From the NCBI GenBank assembly GCA_038198475.1, contig JBBPZW010000122.1, positions 1,001 to 65,000 of the forward strand: a stretch of DNA of 64,000 bases, read 5' to 3'. A program made the position numbers and the translations under genes. Below, piece after piece: positions 31,401 to 39,279 of the stretch (the first letter of the stretch is position 1; every line of letters begins with the position of its first letter). Source of the stretch: Chthoniobacterales bacterium (lineage in GTDB: Bacteria; Verrucomicrobiota; Verrucomicrobiia; Chthoniobacterales; UBA10450). The notes below the pieces were generated by a model, which saw only the letters and a list, made by a program, of their open reading frames with translations, did not search any database and was not told the DNA's origin.

Positions 31401-31747
31401 ACGCGGTTTCGAAAGAGAAAAGTAAAGACGAAGATGAGGCGGGTAAAAGCACAGACGGAGATGACGGTGACGAAGGAGACGATGGCCGCGGGAAAGGGGA
31501 AGTGGCCGCCCTACCTCGTCGTTACCACGGAACGGTCGGACTAGACCCCAACCGAGTGGGGCGCGACGCGAGCAAGATCGCGGAGGAAGTCATCTCGCAC
31601 CTAACTAGTCTGTTGGGAGCAGAGGTGAAGGTGACATTGGAAATCGAGGCGACAATTCCCGGAGGCGCGAATGAACAAGTCGTTAGGGCGGTGACCGAAA
31701 ACAGCAAGACTCTGAAGTTTGAGCAACACGGCTTCGAAGTAGAATAA
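28421..31747 (+). CDS. DUF499-type ATPase with N-terminal Swt1-like HEPN domain
   Basis: HEPN motif LRDSRNKWAHQ (RxxRNxxAH) near residue 95. P-loop-like NFGGGKTHSMLALYHL and Walker-B-like LILIDEWVAY. Large C-terminal region with an acidic tail. Size 1108 aa. Confidence 0.8.
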   Translation: MAITNTERVGKAMELLREGLRPFVQRELKAEYGEQTWFEETKKMLTQQQLNFVKKKGEPEWDVAMLLGVLWNQWNEVFRKTLGHAERSLVSELRDSRNKWAHQQPFSTDDAYRVFDSIGRLLAAVSAPQTAELDKMKMELLRLRFDEQARGEKRKAVGSLIETGSALPPWREVITPHKDVASGRYQQAEFAADLWQVHLGEGTDEYKKPTEFFRRTYLTESLRRLLVGAVQRLTSNGGDPVVQLQTNFGGGKTHSMLALYHLFSGATPGELAGVDAVMAEANVNSLPKAKRVVLVGTKISPSTPSTKPDGTVVRTLWGELAWQLGGKKAFKKIAADDEKATSPGDLIRELLNEYGPSLILIDEWVAYARQLHDQSDLPAGGFETQFSFAQALTESAKLAKNCLLVISLPASDTGTSPHAQADDTEVGGVRGREALDRLRNVVGRLESSWRPATAEEGFEIVRRRLFEPLTGDQFKNRDVVARAFADLYRAQHAEFPPECRDSEYETRLKAAYPIHPEIFDRLYTDWSTLLKFQRTRGVLRLMASVIHSLWEKGDRNPLILPSMIPIDDPRVQFELTRYLSDNWVPVIEKDVDGPNSLPLRIDGEVANLGKLHATRRVARTIYLGSAPTSAAAHRGIEDRRVKLGCVMPGEAPAHFADALRRLTATATYLYQDGPRLWYSTQPTVTKLAEDRADQLKRDTDKVAMELDRRLRKDLEKRGNFARVHPMPRNSGDVPDDLDARLVVLGIDHVYTKEAGSPAETAAKTILETRGNTPRIYRNTLVFLAPDKVRLQDLDEATRKYLAWESILAEKESLDLSPFQVRNAETQKTAADSAVTARLPETYQWLLVPIQNGPQGAIEWQASRLSGSDSLAVRASRKIVSEELLIPSFGANRLRMELDRIPLWRGDHVPIRQLVDDFARYLYLPRLTDSSVLVNAIRDGLTLLTWVEDSFAYAESYDESAGRYRGLRGGQAAGIYDANDPGLLVKPAVAKPVLDAVSKEKSKDEDEAGKSTDGDDGDEGDDGRGKGEVAALPRRYHGTVGLDPNRVGRDASKIAEEVISHLTSLLGAEVKVTLEIEATIPGGANEQVVRAVTENSKTLKFEQHGFEVE

Positions 31748-31799
31748 GCGATCGTCGTGAGTCGGGATCAGAGGCGCGAGACTTCGAGCAGCGACAAGA

Positions 31800-31997
31800 T
31801 TACAGCTGCACTTTGCGCAGGCGGAGCGCGTTTGCGATGACCGAAACGGAGCTCAGGCTCATCGCCGCACCGGCGATGATCGGGCTGAGGAGAATGCCAA
31901 ACCAGGGATAGAGAATGCCGGCGGCAATCGGGATGCCTAATGAATTGTAGATGAAGGCAAAGAAGAGGTTCTGGCGAATGTTGCTCATCATGGCGCG
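31800..31997. repeat. direct repeat copy B (functional 3-prime end of copA), right boundary of the island
   Basis: Homologous to 16311-16508 with many synonymous differences. It carries GCCTAATG where copy A has the host-enriched GCCTAACG. Confidence 0.85.
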
Positions 31998-34268
31998 ACT
32001 GAGACGGACGGCCTTCTCGATGCCGCGGAGATCGCCTTTCAGGAGCGTGATACCGGCGCTTTCCATGGCCACGTCGGTGCCGGTGCCCATGGCGATACCG
32101 ACATCGGCCGCGGCGAGCGCGGGCGCGTCGTTGATTCCGTCACCGGCCATGGCGACGACTTCGTTGCGTTCGCGTAACGCGCGCACGCGATCGTTCTTGT
32201 GCTGCGGTTCGACGCCGGCTTCGATTTCGTCGATGCCGAGCCGGCCGGCGACGGCATTTGCGGTCCGCTCGTTGTCGCCGGTCAGCATAATGATTTTCAT
32301 GCCGAGTTGATGCAGCTGCTCGATCGCGGCGGGCGTCGATTCTTTGATCGGGTCGGCTACGGCAATGATGCCCATCGCCCGACCGTCCCAGGCGACGAAG
32401 ATGACGCCATCGCCCTCCGATTGCAGGTCGGCGGCGCGTTTCGCGAAGTTGTGCATCTCGTGCACGCCCTGGTCGTGGAGGAATTTCGGTTTGCCCACGA
32501 CAACATGTCGTTCGCCGACGCGACCTGTCACTCCGCCCCCAGTCGTTGATTGGAAATCAGCGACCGCGGGAATCTCGATGCCGCGATCGGTGGCGCCTTT
32601 CACCAGTGCCTGGGCTAAGGGATGCTCGCTGTTTTTCTCGACGGCAGCTGCGAGCGAGAGCAGTTCGTTCTCCGTTGTTGAATCCGCTGCGACGATACCT
32701 GTCACCGCAGGGCGACCTTCAGTCAGCGTGCCCGTCTTATCGACGACCAGTGTGCGCACTTTCTCCATCAATTCGATGGCCTCAGCTTTTTTGATCAAGA
32801 CTCCGGCTTGCGCGCCGCGACCGACTCCAACCATGACTGACATGGGCGTCGCCAAACCGAGGGCACATGGGCAGGCAATGATCAACACCGCCACGGCATT
32901 CACGATGGCATAGGCAAAGCGCGGCTCGGGTCCGAACACTGCCCAGATGACGAAGGTAAGGATCGCGCTCGCGATCACCGCGGGAACAAACCAGCCGGCT
33001 ACTTTGTCGGCGAGACCTTGAATCGGCGCGCGGCTGCGCTGCGCTTGCGCGACCATCTCGACGATTTGCGAGAGAACGGTTTCGTTTCCGACGCGCTCCG
33101 CTTCAATCACGATGCTGCCGGTTTGGTTCACCGTGCCGCCGGTGACGCGGTCGCCGGGCGCTTTCTCGACCGGCATCGACTCGCCCGTGATCATCGATTC
33201 ATCGATGTTGGTCCGGCCGTCGATGACGTGGCCGTCCACCGGAACCTTCTCACCGGGCCGGACGCGGAGGTTGTCGCCTTGCTGAATTTCGTCGAGCGGC
33301 ACCTCCTGCTCGCTGCCGTCGCGCACGCGGTGCGCGATTTTCGGTGCGAGATCGAGCAGCGCGCGAATAGCGCTGCCGGTTCGGCTGCGCGCACGCAGTT
33401 CAAGCATCTGGCCGAAGAGGACCAGAACGATAATGATGGCGGCGGACTCGAAGTAGACTCCGATTTTTCCGTGCTCCGCAAACGAGGGCGGAAAGCTCTG
33501 CGGGAAAAGCATCACGACTGCGCTATAGAAGTAGGCCGCGCCGACGCCGATCGCGATGAGGGTAAACATGTTGAGCGAGCGGTGGACAATGGACTGCCAA
33601 CCGCGCTGAAAAAACGGCCAGCCCGCCCAGAGCACCACGGGTGTGGCGAAGGCGAATTGAATCCAGCGTGACGGATCGCTCATCACCCAGCCCCCGTGGG
33701 CCAGGGCGGGAACGAGATGCGCCATGGCGAGCAGGAACACAGGCAGCGCGAGTGCGCCGCCGATCCAGAACCGGCGTGTCATGTCGCGTAGCTCGGTGTT
33801 GTCCTCTTCGTCACCGCCGACTACGCCTTTGGGCTCGAGTGTCATGCCACAGATGGGGCAATTGCCGGGATGATCCTGCTCGATCTGCGGATGCATCGGG
33901 CAGGTGTAAATAGTCTTCGCCGGCCCGCGGAACAACGGATTGCGTTCCAGCGCCATCCCGCATTTCGGGCAACTGCCCGGGGTATCGCTTTCGACGCCTT
34001 CGCACATTGGGCAGAAGTATTTCTTCGCCGGCTTGCGGGCCGTCGCGACTTTCGCCGTCTCGTTAGGCGAATGATCGCCGTCGTGACAGCAGGAGTGTTC
34101 GTGCGTTGGTTCGTCGGTGCTCTTGCCCTGAGCGATGAATGCGTCCCGGCAATGTTCGGAACAGAAATAGAATTTCCCGTCTTCTCGCTCCACGACCGCG
34201 GCGGCATTCCTGGGATCAACCGTCATGCCGCAAATCGGGTCGCGAACCGTGGAATCAATCTCCTTCAT
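31800..34268 (-). CDS. copA: copper-translocating P1B-type ATPase
   Basis: CPC transmembrane motif ([11 protein letters not shown]), DKTGTLT phosphorylation site, [10 protein letters not shown] hinge. N-terminal YHS/TRASH-like [10 protein letters not shown]...YFCSEHC plus two YxCPMHP...CPxCGM (HMBD) modules. Confidence 0.95.
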   Translation of the reverse strand: MKEIDSTVRDPICGMTVDPRNAAAVVEREDGKFYFCSEHCRDAFIAQGKSTDEPTHEHSCCHDGDHSPNETAKVATARKPAKKYFCPMCEGVESDTPGSCPKCGMALERNPLFRGPAKTIYTCPMHPQIEQDHPGNCPICGMTLEPKGVVGGDEEDNTELRDMTRRFWIGGALALPVFLLAMAHLVPALAHGGWVMSDPSRWIQFAFATPVVLWAGWPFFQRGWQSIVHRSLNMFTLIAIGVGAAYFYSAVVMLFPQSFPPSFAEHGKIGVYFESAAIIIVLVLFGQMLELRARSRTGSAIRALLDLAPKIAHRVRDGSEQEVPLDEIQQGDNLRVRPGEKVPVDGHVIDGRTNIDESMITGESMPVEKAPGDRVTGGTVNQTGSIVIEAERVGNETVLSQIVEMVAQAQRSRAPIQGLADKVAGWFVPAVIASAILTFVIWAVFGPEPRFAYAIVNAVAVLIIACPCALGLATPMSVMVGVGRGAQAGVLIKKAEAIELMEKVRTLVVDKTGTLTEGRPAVTGIVAADSTTENELLSLAAAVEKNSEHPLAQALVKGATDRGIEIPAVADFQSTTGGGVTGRVGERHVVVGKPKFLHDQGVHEMHNFAKRAADLQSEGDGVIFVAWDGRAMGIIAVADPIKESTPAAIEQLHQLGMKIIMLTGDNERTANAVAGRLGIDEIEAGVEPQHKNDRVRALRERNEVVAMAGDGINDAPALAAADVGIAMGTGTDVAMESAGITLLKGDLRGIEKAVRLSRAMMSNIRQNLFFAFIYNSLGIPIAAGILYPWFGILLSPIIAGAAMSLSSVSVIANALRLRKVQL

Positions 34269-34555
34269 CGCAGAAACCTCCCCAGTGCGGTTTGCAGCTC
34301 AGCCAGGAGCTCTTTCGGTTTCATTGGTTTCGCCTTGGCGTGCTCCTTGCCGGAACCGTGGCCGATGACGCACGACTCCAAATGGTTCGTCAGCAGCTCG
34401 ACGCCGAGAGCGTCGAGCGCTGAACGAACCGCTGAGATTTGGTTCAGGATATCGACGCAGTAGCGGTCTTCTTCGATCATCCGCTGCACGCCTGCCACCT
34501 GCCCCGCGATCCGCTTGATGCGGACCTTCAGCTTGCTTCCGTTAACTTCCGCCAT
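34265..34555 (-). CDS. csoR: CsoR/RcnR-family copper-sensing repressor
   Basis: 96 aa with [36 protein letters not shown]...HLESCV (the C-H-C ligand pattern of CsoR). The stop overlaps the copA start. Confidence 0.9.
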   Translation of the reverse strand: MAEVNGSKLKVRIKRIAGQVAGVQRMIEEDRYCVDILNQISAVRSALDALGVELLTNHLESCVIGHGSGKEHAKAKPMKPKELLAELQTALGRFLR

Positions 34556-34565
34556 GACGCAGCAT

Positions 34566-34582
34566 ATACCCTATAGGGGTAT
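34566..34582. promoter_or_regulatory. CsoR operator-like palindrome
   Basis: ATACCC-TATA-GGGGTAT lies 11 nt upstream of the csoR ATG. It resembles the known CsoR box pattern TACCC-N-GGGTA. Confidence 0.6.
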
Positions 34583-34608
34583 GTGTCAATCAGGGCGGAA
34601 ATCACGAT

Positions 34609-34749
34609 CTATTCCTTTACCATCTTCGTGTCGCAGCAACAGGTCGGCGCGTCATCGCCAGCTTCTTCTGCCGGAGCGCCTTTGGTTACTTTGACCTCGC
34701 AGCCGCACTCGGCCTCGGGACATTTATAAGTTGCACCTTCTTCTAACAT
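34609..34749 (-). CDS. 46-aa Cys-rich, desulforedoxin-like small metal-binding protein (not in the ORF track)
   Basis: My translation is MLEEGATYKCPEAECGCEVKVTKGAPAEEAGDDAPTCCCDTKMVKE. A strong SD (AAGGAGGTG) lies 7 nt upstream of the ATG. The pattern YKC..CG.EVKV...CC..D.MVK parallels desulforedoxin and the Dfx N-terminal domain. It sits between the DUF4396 gene and csoR. Confidence 0.55.
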   Translation of the reverse strand: MLEEGATYKCPEAECGCEVKVTKGAPAEEAGDDAPTCCCDTKMVKE

Positions 34750-34778
34750 AACTCTTCACCTCCTTTCCGATTTTGCCT

Positions 34779-35474
34779 TTACATCTTCTCTTTGATTCCG
34801 GCCCGGAGCAGCCACCAGTTCACCGGATATGCCGTCAGAAACCCGGCGAGCATCGCGATCTGCATCATGAACCAGAAAACCGGACTCGCTTTCTCAATCT
34901 CATGGCCGAAGATCGCGAAGGTCGCGATCGCCATCCAACCGTACATTCCCACCTGCCAGGCGGTGAGTGAAAAGAAATCGGCTTTCGCCGCTGCGACCAT
35001 GCCTTTGCCGAATGATAAGTCACGCATCGGCGCGATCGTGAAGTATTGGAAGAATATCCCGAAGAGGAGCGCCAGGAAGTAGTCCACCACCCACGAGCCA
35101 AAGATTTTCATTCCGAAAAGCGTGAGCGGAAAAAGAAAGAGCACCCATTCGCCCACGATGTCGGCAAGGGTGCAGCCGCTGCCGCAGTGCGTCGCGCCGA
35201 CGGCAACCATCTGCCAGAATGGTTTCTTTTTGCCGGGCGGATCTTCGCCGCGCGCTTTCGCTTCCATCATTGCGCGGTGGGTTGAGAGCCGTCCGGCGGT
35301 AAAATAACCCCACAGAGCGAGCGGCCCGGCATAGAGCCCGGTGATCGGCCAGACCAGATTCATGATCCACATGTGCTGCTTGTGGCCAGCGAGGAGGTCG
35401 ATGGCGATGACGAGCGCGGAGACGCCGCCGATCACCAGCGACGACATTGAAACAATGCGGACGAGATCGTTCAT
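34779..35474 (-). CDS. DUF4396 domain membrane protein
   Basis: 231 aa, polytopic, with the ATHCGSGCTLADIVGEW motif typical of DUF4396. Copper-cluster context. Confidence 0.75.
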   Translation of the reverse strand: MNDLVRIVSMSSLVIGGVSALVIAIDLLAGHKQHMWIMNLVWPITGLYAGPLALWGYFTAGRLSTHRAMMEAKARGEDPPGKKKPFWQMVAVGATHCGSGCTLADIVGEWVLFLFPLTLFGMKIFGSWVVDYFLALLFGIFFQYFTIAPMRDLSFGKGMVAAAKADFFSLTAWQVGMYGWMAIATFAIFGHEIEKASPVFWFMMQIAMLAGFLTAYPVNWWLLRAGIKEKM

Positions 35475-35551
35475 CTGTGATTTAATCGCACATCCTTAAC
35501 GGGTTCATAGAAAAGCTAGCTCCGGCGCGCTCAATTATCGTTCGGCCGGAA

Positions 35552-36007
35552 CTACCGCTTCTTCTCGAGATCCTCGATCAGTGCCTTCATCTCGCCGATC
35601 TCGCGGCGTTGTGCTTCGATGATTCCGTCGGCCAGTTTGCGGACACGCGGGTCGGTGATGTGCGCACGCTCACTGGTGAGAATGGCGATCGAGTGGTGCG
35701 GGATCATCGCCTTCATCCAGGAAACATCCTCCACCGTGGCTTGGCTGCGAACCAGCCACAGCGCAACGGCGAAGACAACGGCGCTGCCCAGGAAGATACC
35801 GGTGTTAAGCGCGCGGTTCGTATACATCATAAGCATGAAGGCGAGCATGATGATCGCCATCGTCGCCCCCATTACGAGCGCCATGTAAGCTCGCGTCTCG
35901 CTGAAATAGACGTGATCCAGCGCATAGGTGTTGAGATACATCAGGCCGAACATGACGAGGGTGGAGACGCCGATCATGGCGCCGAATTTTCCGTAGTGGT
36001 CTTTCAT
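35552..36007 (-). CDS. DUF305 domain protein with N-terminal membrane helices
   Basis: C-terminal WMKAMIPHHSIAILTSE...KLADGIIEAQRREIGEMKALIE matches the DUF305 four-helix motif. Confidence 0.75.
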   Translation of the reverse strand: MKDHYGKFGAMIGVSTLVMFGLMYLNTYALDHVYFSETRAYMALVMGATMAIIMLAFMLMMYTNRALNTGIFLGSAVVFAVALWLVRSQATVEDVSWMKAMIPHHSIAILTSERAHITDPRVRKLADGIIEAQRREIGEMKALIEDLEKKR

Positions 36008-36058
36008 AAGGAATGGTGCTTATCGACGCAGATTTTTGCGCAGCCTGGTTGAGAGTGG

Positions 36059-38419
36059 TTAAAACCGCACGCGTAGGCCGACGCCCCAACCATAAGTCGA
36101 GTGCCATTGCCCGAGGATCGAGGCGTTCTTGCTCAGCATGTAATCGAGATGGACGCGTTCTTCCCAAAGCTCATGCGTGTCGTACCGAACCTCTCCTCCT
36201 AAAATCAAACGAGGAGTGAGCGGGATATCCTTGGCAACTCTGAAACGCGCTCCGCCGTGGGTATCGACCCAGATCATCGAGTCGAAATTCAGCGGTAGCT
36301 TATACATGAGACCAAAGACGCCACGGTTACTGTCGCTCGTGTAGCCGAAAGGATCGGTTTTGATCGTCCCATTAAGGTCGGCTCCGCCGAAAAGGCGGAA
36401 GAAGCGGTTGAAATAACGCTCGTAAAGGATCGTATTCTCCACCTCCGTGTCCGGCACGTCGTGCCATCCCGCTTCCCATTCGAGGTTGAAGATGTTGAGC
36501 GCATTCGAGAGCTGAATATAACCCTGAGTCATATTGCTCAAGACGTCCGCGGTGCCCCAGAAGTAGAATGGATCTTGATAGAGCTTGTAGCGGACGGCCG
36601 CCGTGTCCGGATAAGGCTCGAAGCCTTCGTAATGGACGACCCGCGCCATGCCGCTATCGAGGTGATAAAGCAGATGGCAATGGAAGAACCAGTCACCCAC
36701 TTCTTCCGCCGCAAACTCGATCACGGTGGTCTGCATCGGCGGAACATCGACGGTATGTTTGAGCGGCGAGTAATCGCCTTGTCCGTTGATCACGCGGAAG
36801 AAGTGACCGTGCAGATGCATCGGGTGATGCATCATGGAGCGATTGATCATGATGAAACGGACGGTCTCGCCGTTGCGAATCTTGATCGAATCACTCGCGT
36901 AGATGGGCTTGCTATTAATCGACCAGACGTAACGCTCCATGTCACCTTCAAGCGTTAGGCGAACTTCGTGCAACGGTCGCTCGGGCGAAAACGCTGTGCT
37001 TTTCACCGAACGCAGATCTTGGTAGGGCGGCCCGGGCCGCGGCCCCATGCCATCCATCGCCAAGGGCTGCCGGGAAGAGACATCAGGCCCGAGCGGGCTG
37101 AAATCCCAGGAGTATTTCTTCCCAAGGTGGGGATTCACTGCCATGCCGGATTGCATGGGAGGTTCATCCATCTTCATCGCGGGCATGGTGGCGGCATCTG
37201 CCATTGCCATTCCGTGATCCATCTTCATCCCGGACGACATCGGCATCTTCTCGCCCATCTTCATCCCGGGTTTCATGCCCATCATCTCGTCCATCGTCGT
37301 CATCCCACCCATCACGCCGGGATGATCGAACTTCCCCGCATCCACCTCCCGATCCGGCATGCCCATGGTACCGCCGGGAGTGAGTGCAAAGATGTTTTCC
37401 GGCTTCAGCTTGCCCATCGCGTTGTAAAGGTTGGCGTGCGGAACATCCGGCGCGGGATGACGCTCGCCGTCGCCGACCCAGATGGAAGCCCAGGCCGAGC
37501 CATCGTGTGCCGTGGCACGCAACTCATAGGACCCGGGACCGGGCGGAGTTACCAGCACATCATAAGTCTCCGCCACCGCGATCAGGAAGCGGTCCTTCTT
37601 CAAAGGCTGCACATCCTGACCGTCGGCCGAGACGATCGTCAGCGGAGCGCCCGCGAACTGGAGATGGAAAAAAGTCGACGCCGATCCATCAACGAGTCTA
37701 ACTCGCACGGTCTGACCCGGTTTCGCGGAGATATGATGCTCCGGCTCGCCATTGGCGAGGAAGCGGTCATAGGCCACGTCGGATAAGTCCATCGGCGGCA
37801 TCCTGAGCAGCTCGCGCTTCCAGTAATCCCCTTCCTTGCCGGCGCGCAAAGCGCCCAGCACCGTCTGCGAGGTGCCGCGCTCGAGCGCCGGCCACTCACT
37901 TCCACGCTTCAGCCAGCGCAGGACCTCGTGCGCATTTTCATCTGTCCAATCCGAGAGCACGACGGTGCGATCGACGGCGCCGCTGACCCCGCCGCGCCGG
38001 GGAAGAATCCGGAGCGCGCCATAGACTCCCTTCTGTTCATGTAACTTCGTGTGGGAATGATACCAGTAAGTCCCGTGCTGCCGGATCGGAAAGACATAGT
38101 CGAAAGTCTCGCCCGGTTTGATCGGCGGATAGGTCACGTACGGCACGCCATCCATCCGGTTTGGGATGAGCATTCCATGCCAGTGGATTGAAGCGTCTTC
38201 CTGCATCGCGTTCGTGACATGGATGCGCGCGAGGTCACCTTCGTGAAACGTGAGTGTGGGCGCGGGGATGGTCCCGTTCACCGCGATAGCCGGACGTGTC
38301 TCGCCGGTAAAGTTCACCATCTTTTCTGCGATCGTGAGGTGATATTCCACTGTTGCTGCACTGGCAGAGAGAGCGCCGACCGCGAGCAAGACAAGGCATA
38401 GGATTCGGGTTCGATTCAT
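36059..38419 (-). CDS. multicopper oxidase (CopA/PcoA-like) fused to a CopB-like outer-membrane beta-barrel domain
   Basis: Signal peptide MNRTRILCLVLLAVGALSASA. Copper sites IHWHGM, HSH, HPMHLHGH, HCHLLYH. A Met-rich segment (MMGMKPGMKMGEKMPMSSGMKMDHGMAM). The C-terminal ~250 aa resemble CopB and end in ...GLRVRF. ATG at 38419 is preferred over the upstream extension. Confidence 0.85.
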   Translation of the reverse strand: MNRTRILCLVLLAVGALSASAATVEYHLTIAEKMVNFTGETRPAIAVNGTIPAPTLTFHEGDLARIHVTNAMQEDASIHWHGMLIPNRMDGVPYVTYPPIKPGETFDYVFPIRQHGTYWYHSHTKLHEQKGVYGALRILPRRGGVSGAVDRTVVLSDWTDENAHEVLRWLKRGSEWPALERGTSQTVLGALRAGKEGDYWKRELLRMPPMDLSDVAYDRFLANGEPEHHISAKPGQTVRVRLVDGSASTFFHLQFAGAPLTIVSADGQDVQPLKKDRFLIAVAETYDVLVTPPGPGSYELRATAHDGSAWASIWVGDGERHPAPDVPHANLYNAMGKLKPENIFALTPGGTMGMPDREVDAGKFDHPGVMGGMTTMDEMMGMKPGMKMGEKMPMSSGMKMDHGMAMADAATMPAMKMDEPPMQSGMAVNPHLGKKYSWDFSPLGPDVSSRQPLAMDGMGPRPGPPYQDLRSVKSTAFSPERPLHEVRLTLEGDMERYVWSINSKPIYASDSIKIRNGETVRFIMINRSMMHHPMHLHGHFFRVINGQGDYSPLKHTVDVPPMQTTVIEFAAEEVGDWFFHCHLLYHLDSGMARVVHYEGFEPYPDTAAVRYKLYQDPFYFWGTADVLSNMTQGYIQLSNALNIFNLEWEAGWHDVPDTEVENTILYERYFNRFFRLFGGADLNGTIKTDPFGYTSDSNRGVFGLMYKLPLNFDSMIWVDTHGGARFRVAKDIPLTPRLILGGEVRYDTHELWEERVHLDYMLSKNASILGQWHSTYGWGVGLRVRF

Positions 38420-38442
38420 TATGGAACGGGAAATTTCCTGAC

Positions 38443-39138
38443 CTACGGAGTCGCAGTCGGCCGTGGCGCGGCTCCACTTTCTGGTTTGGAGGCCTGGATC
38501 AGCGGCACCATCGGTTTCACCGCGGCGCCATGCATATAAACCATTTTGCCGCCGAGGTCGGCGTTCTGCAGCACCAGATAGGTCGCCAGCGCCACGACCA
38601 GGAGGTAGGCCCAATTACCGACCGGCTTGTGCGAGAAGCGCAGTGGGCCGGTCGCTGCGACTGGCGGTTCATTTACTGTCCAAAAACTCCAGAGCACGAG
38701 CAGGGTGACGATCCCCATAATGACGAAGCCCGTGTTCTTGTGCGTCTGCATGATCGCCTCGATTGCTTCGTTGCTCGGCGCGCTGCGAGCACTCAAACCG
38801 GTGTAAACGACAATGATGAGAGACAAGAATGCGAGGTAAAGCGTGGCGCGACCGGCGATCAGGAGGGAGGGCCATTTTAGCCAGGTGCCGAGGCAGTAAA
38901 AAACGAGAATCGCCGGCAAAAGGGCGATGGGGAAATGGACGAACGCCGGATGGGCGTTCATCATCTGCGTGATCCCATCGAACCCATACTGGGAAAAATC
39001 GATCCAGGGTCCCTTTTTCCCGCCTTCATGGGCGAAAGCCGTGACCGGAAGTAAGGAGGCAACGAGCAAAAAGAGGCCGACCGCAGCTGATCGAAGACCG
39101 GCAATGCGGCGGCGAATGTTCATATGATCTGGTTTCAT
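38443..39138 (-). CDS. DUF2231-like membrane protein
   Basis: Hydrophobic protein with HPAFVHFPIALL, typical of DUF2231. The start is uncertain (39138 or 39123). Confidence 0.6.
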   Translation of the reverse strand: MKPDHMNIRRRIAGLRSAAVGLFLLVASLLPVTAFAHEGGKKGPWIDFSQYGFDGITQMMNAHPAFVHFPIALLPAILVFYCLGTWLKWPSLLIAGRATLYLAFLSLIIVVYTGLSARSAPSNEAIEAIMQTHKNTGFVIMGIVTLLVLWSFWTVNEPPVAATGPLRFSHKPVGNWAYLLVVALATYLVLQNADLGGKMVYMHGAAVKPMVPLIQASKPESGAAPRPTATP

Positions 39139-39279
39139 GCGATGGAGTTTACGGTTCATAATGACACTAAGGGCTTTATTGAAAATCGCGCCCGCGAGCC
39201 CATCTGGATATACAAAAATATCCGCGTCTATGACGCCCATCATAGACGAGACATCCCCCTGAATTGGAAGTGACTCCCA

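Larger units (their letters stand above)
16509..31799. mobile_element. ~15.3 kb genomic (defence) island inserted at the copA 3-prime end; no integrase or transposase detected
   Basis: Bracketed by the two copA 3-prime-end repeats. It carries one nine-gene plus-strand operon of defence-type genes. It is almost devoid of the host-enriched 8-mer GCCTAACG (one copy in about 15 kb). Confidence 0.6.

Noticed and set aside
16509-31799. Search for an integrase, transposase, tRNA or short terminal inverted repeats within or at the ends of the island
   Set aside because: None of the nine ORFs or the short spacers shows recombinase motifs or tRNA-like structure. Only the copA-derived direct repeats delimit the island.
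36968-37786. 272-aa plus-strand ORF inside the multicopper oxidase gene
   Set aside because: It is His/Arg/Gly-rich shadow translation of the Met-rich region on the opposite strand. It has no start context or motif.
38420-38614. Upstream extension of the multicopper oxidase/CopB ORF
   Set aside because: The extension precedes an obvious signal peptide starting at the ATG at 38419 and overlaps the end of the DUF2231 gene.
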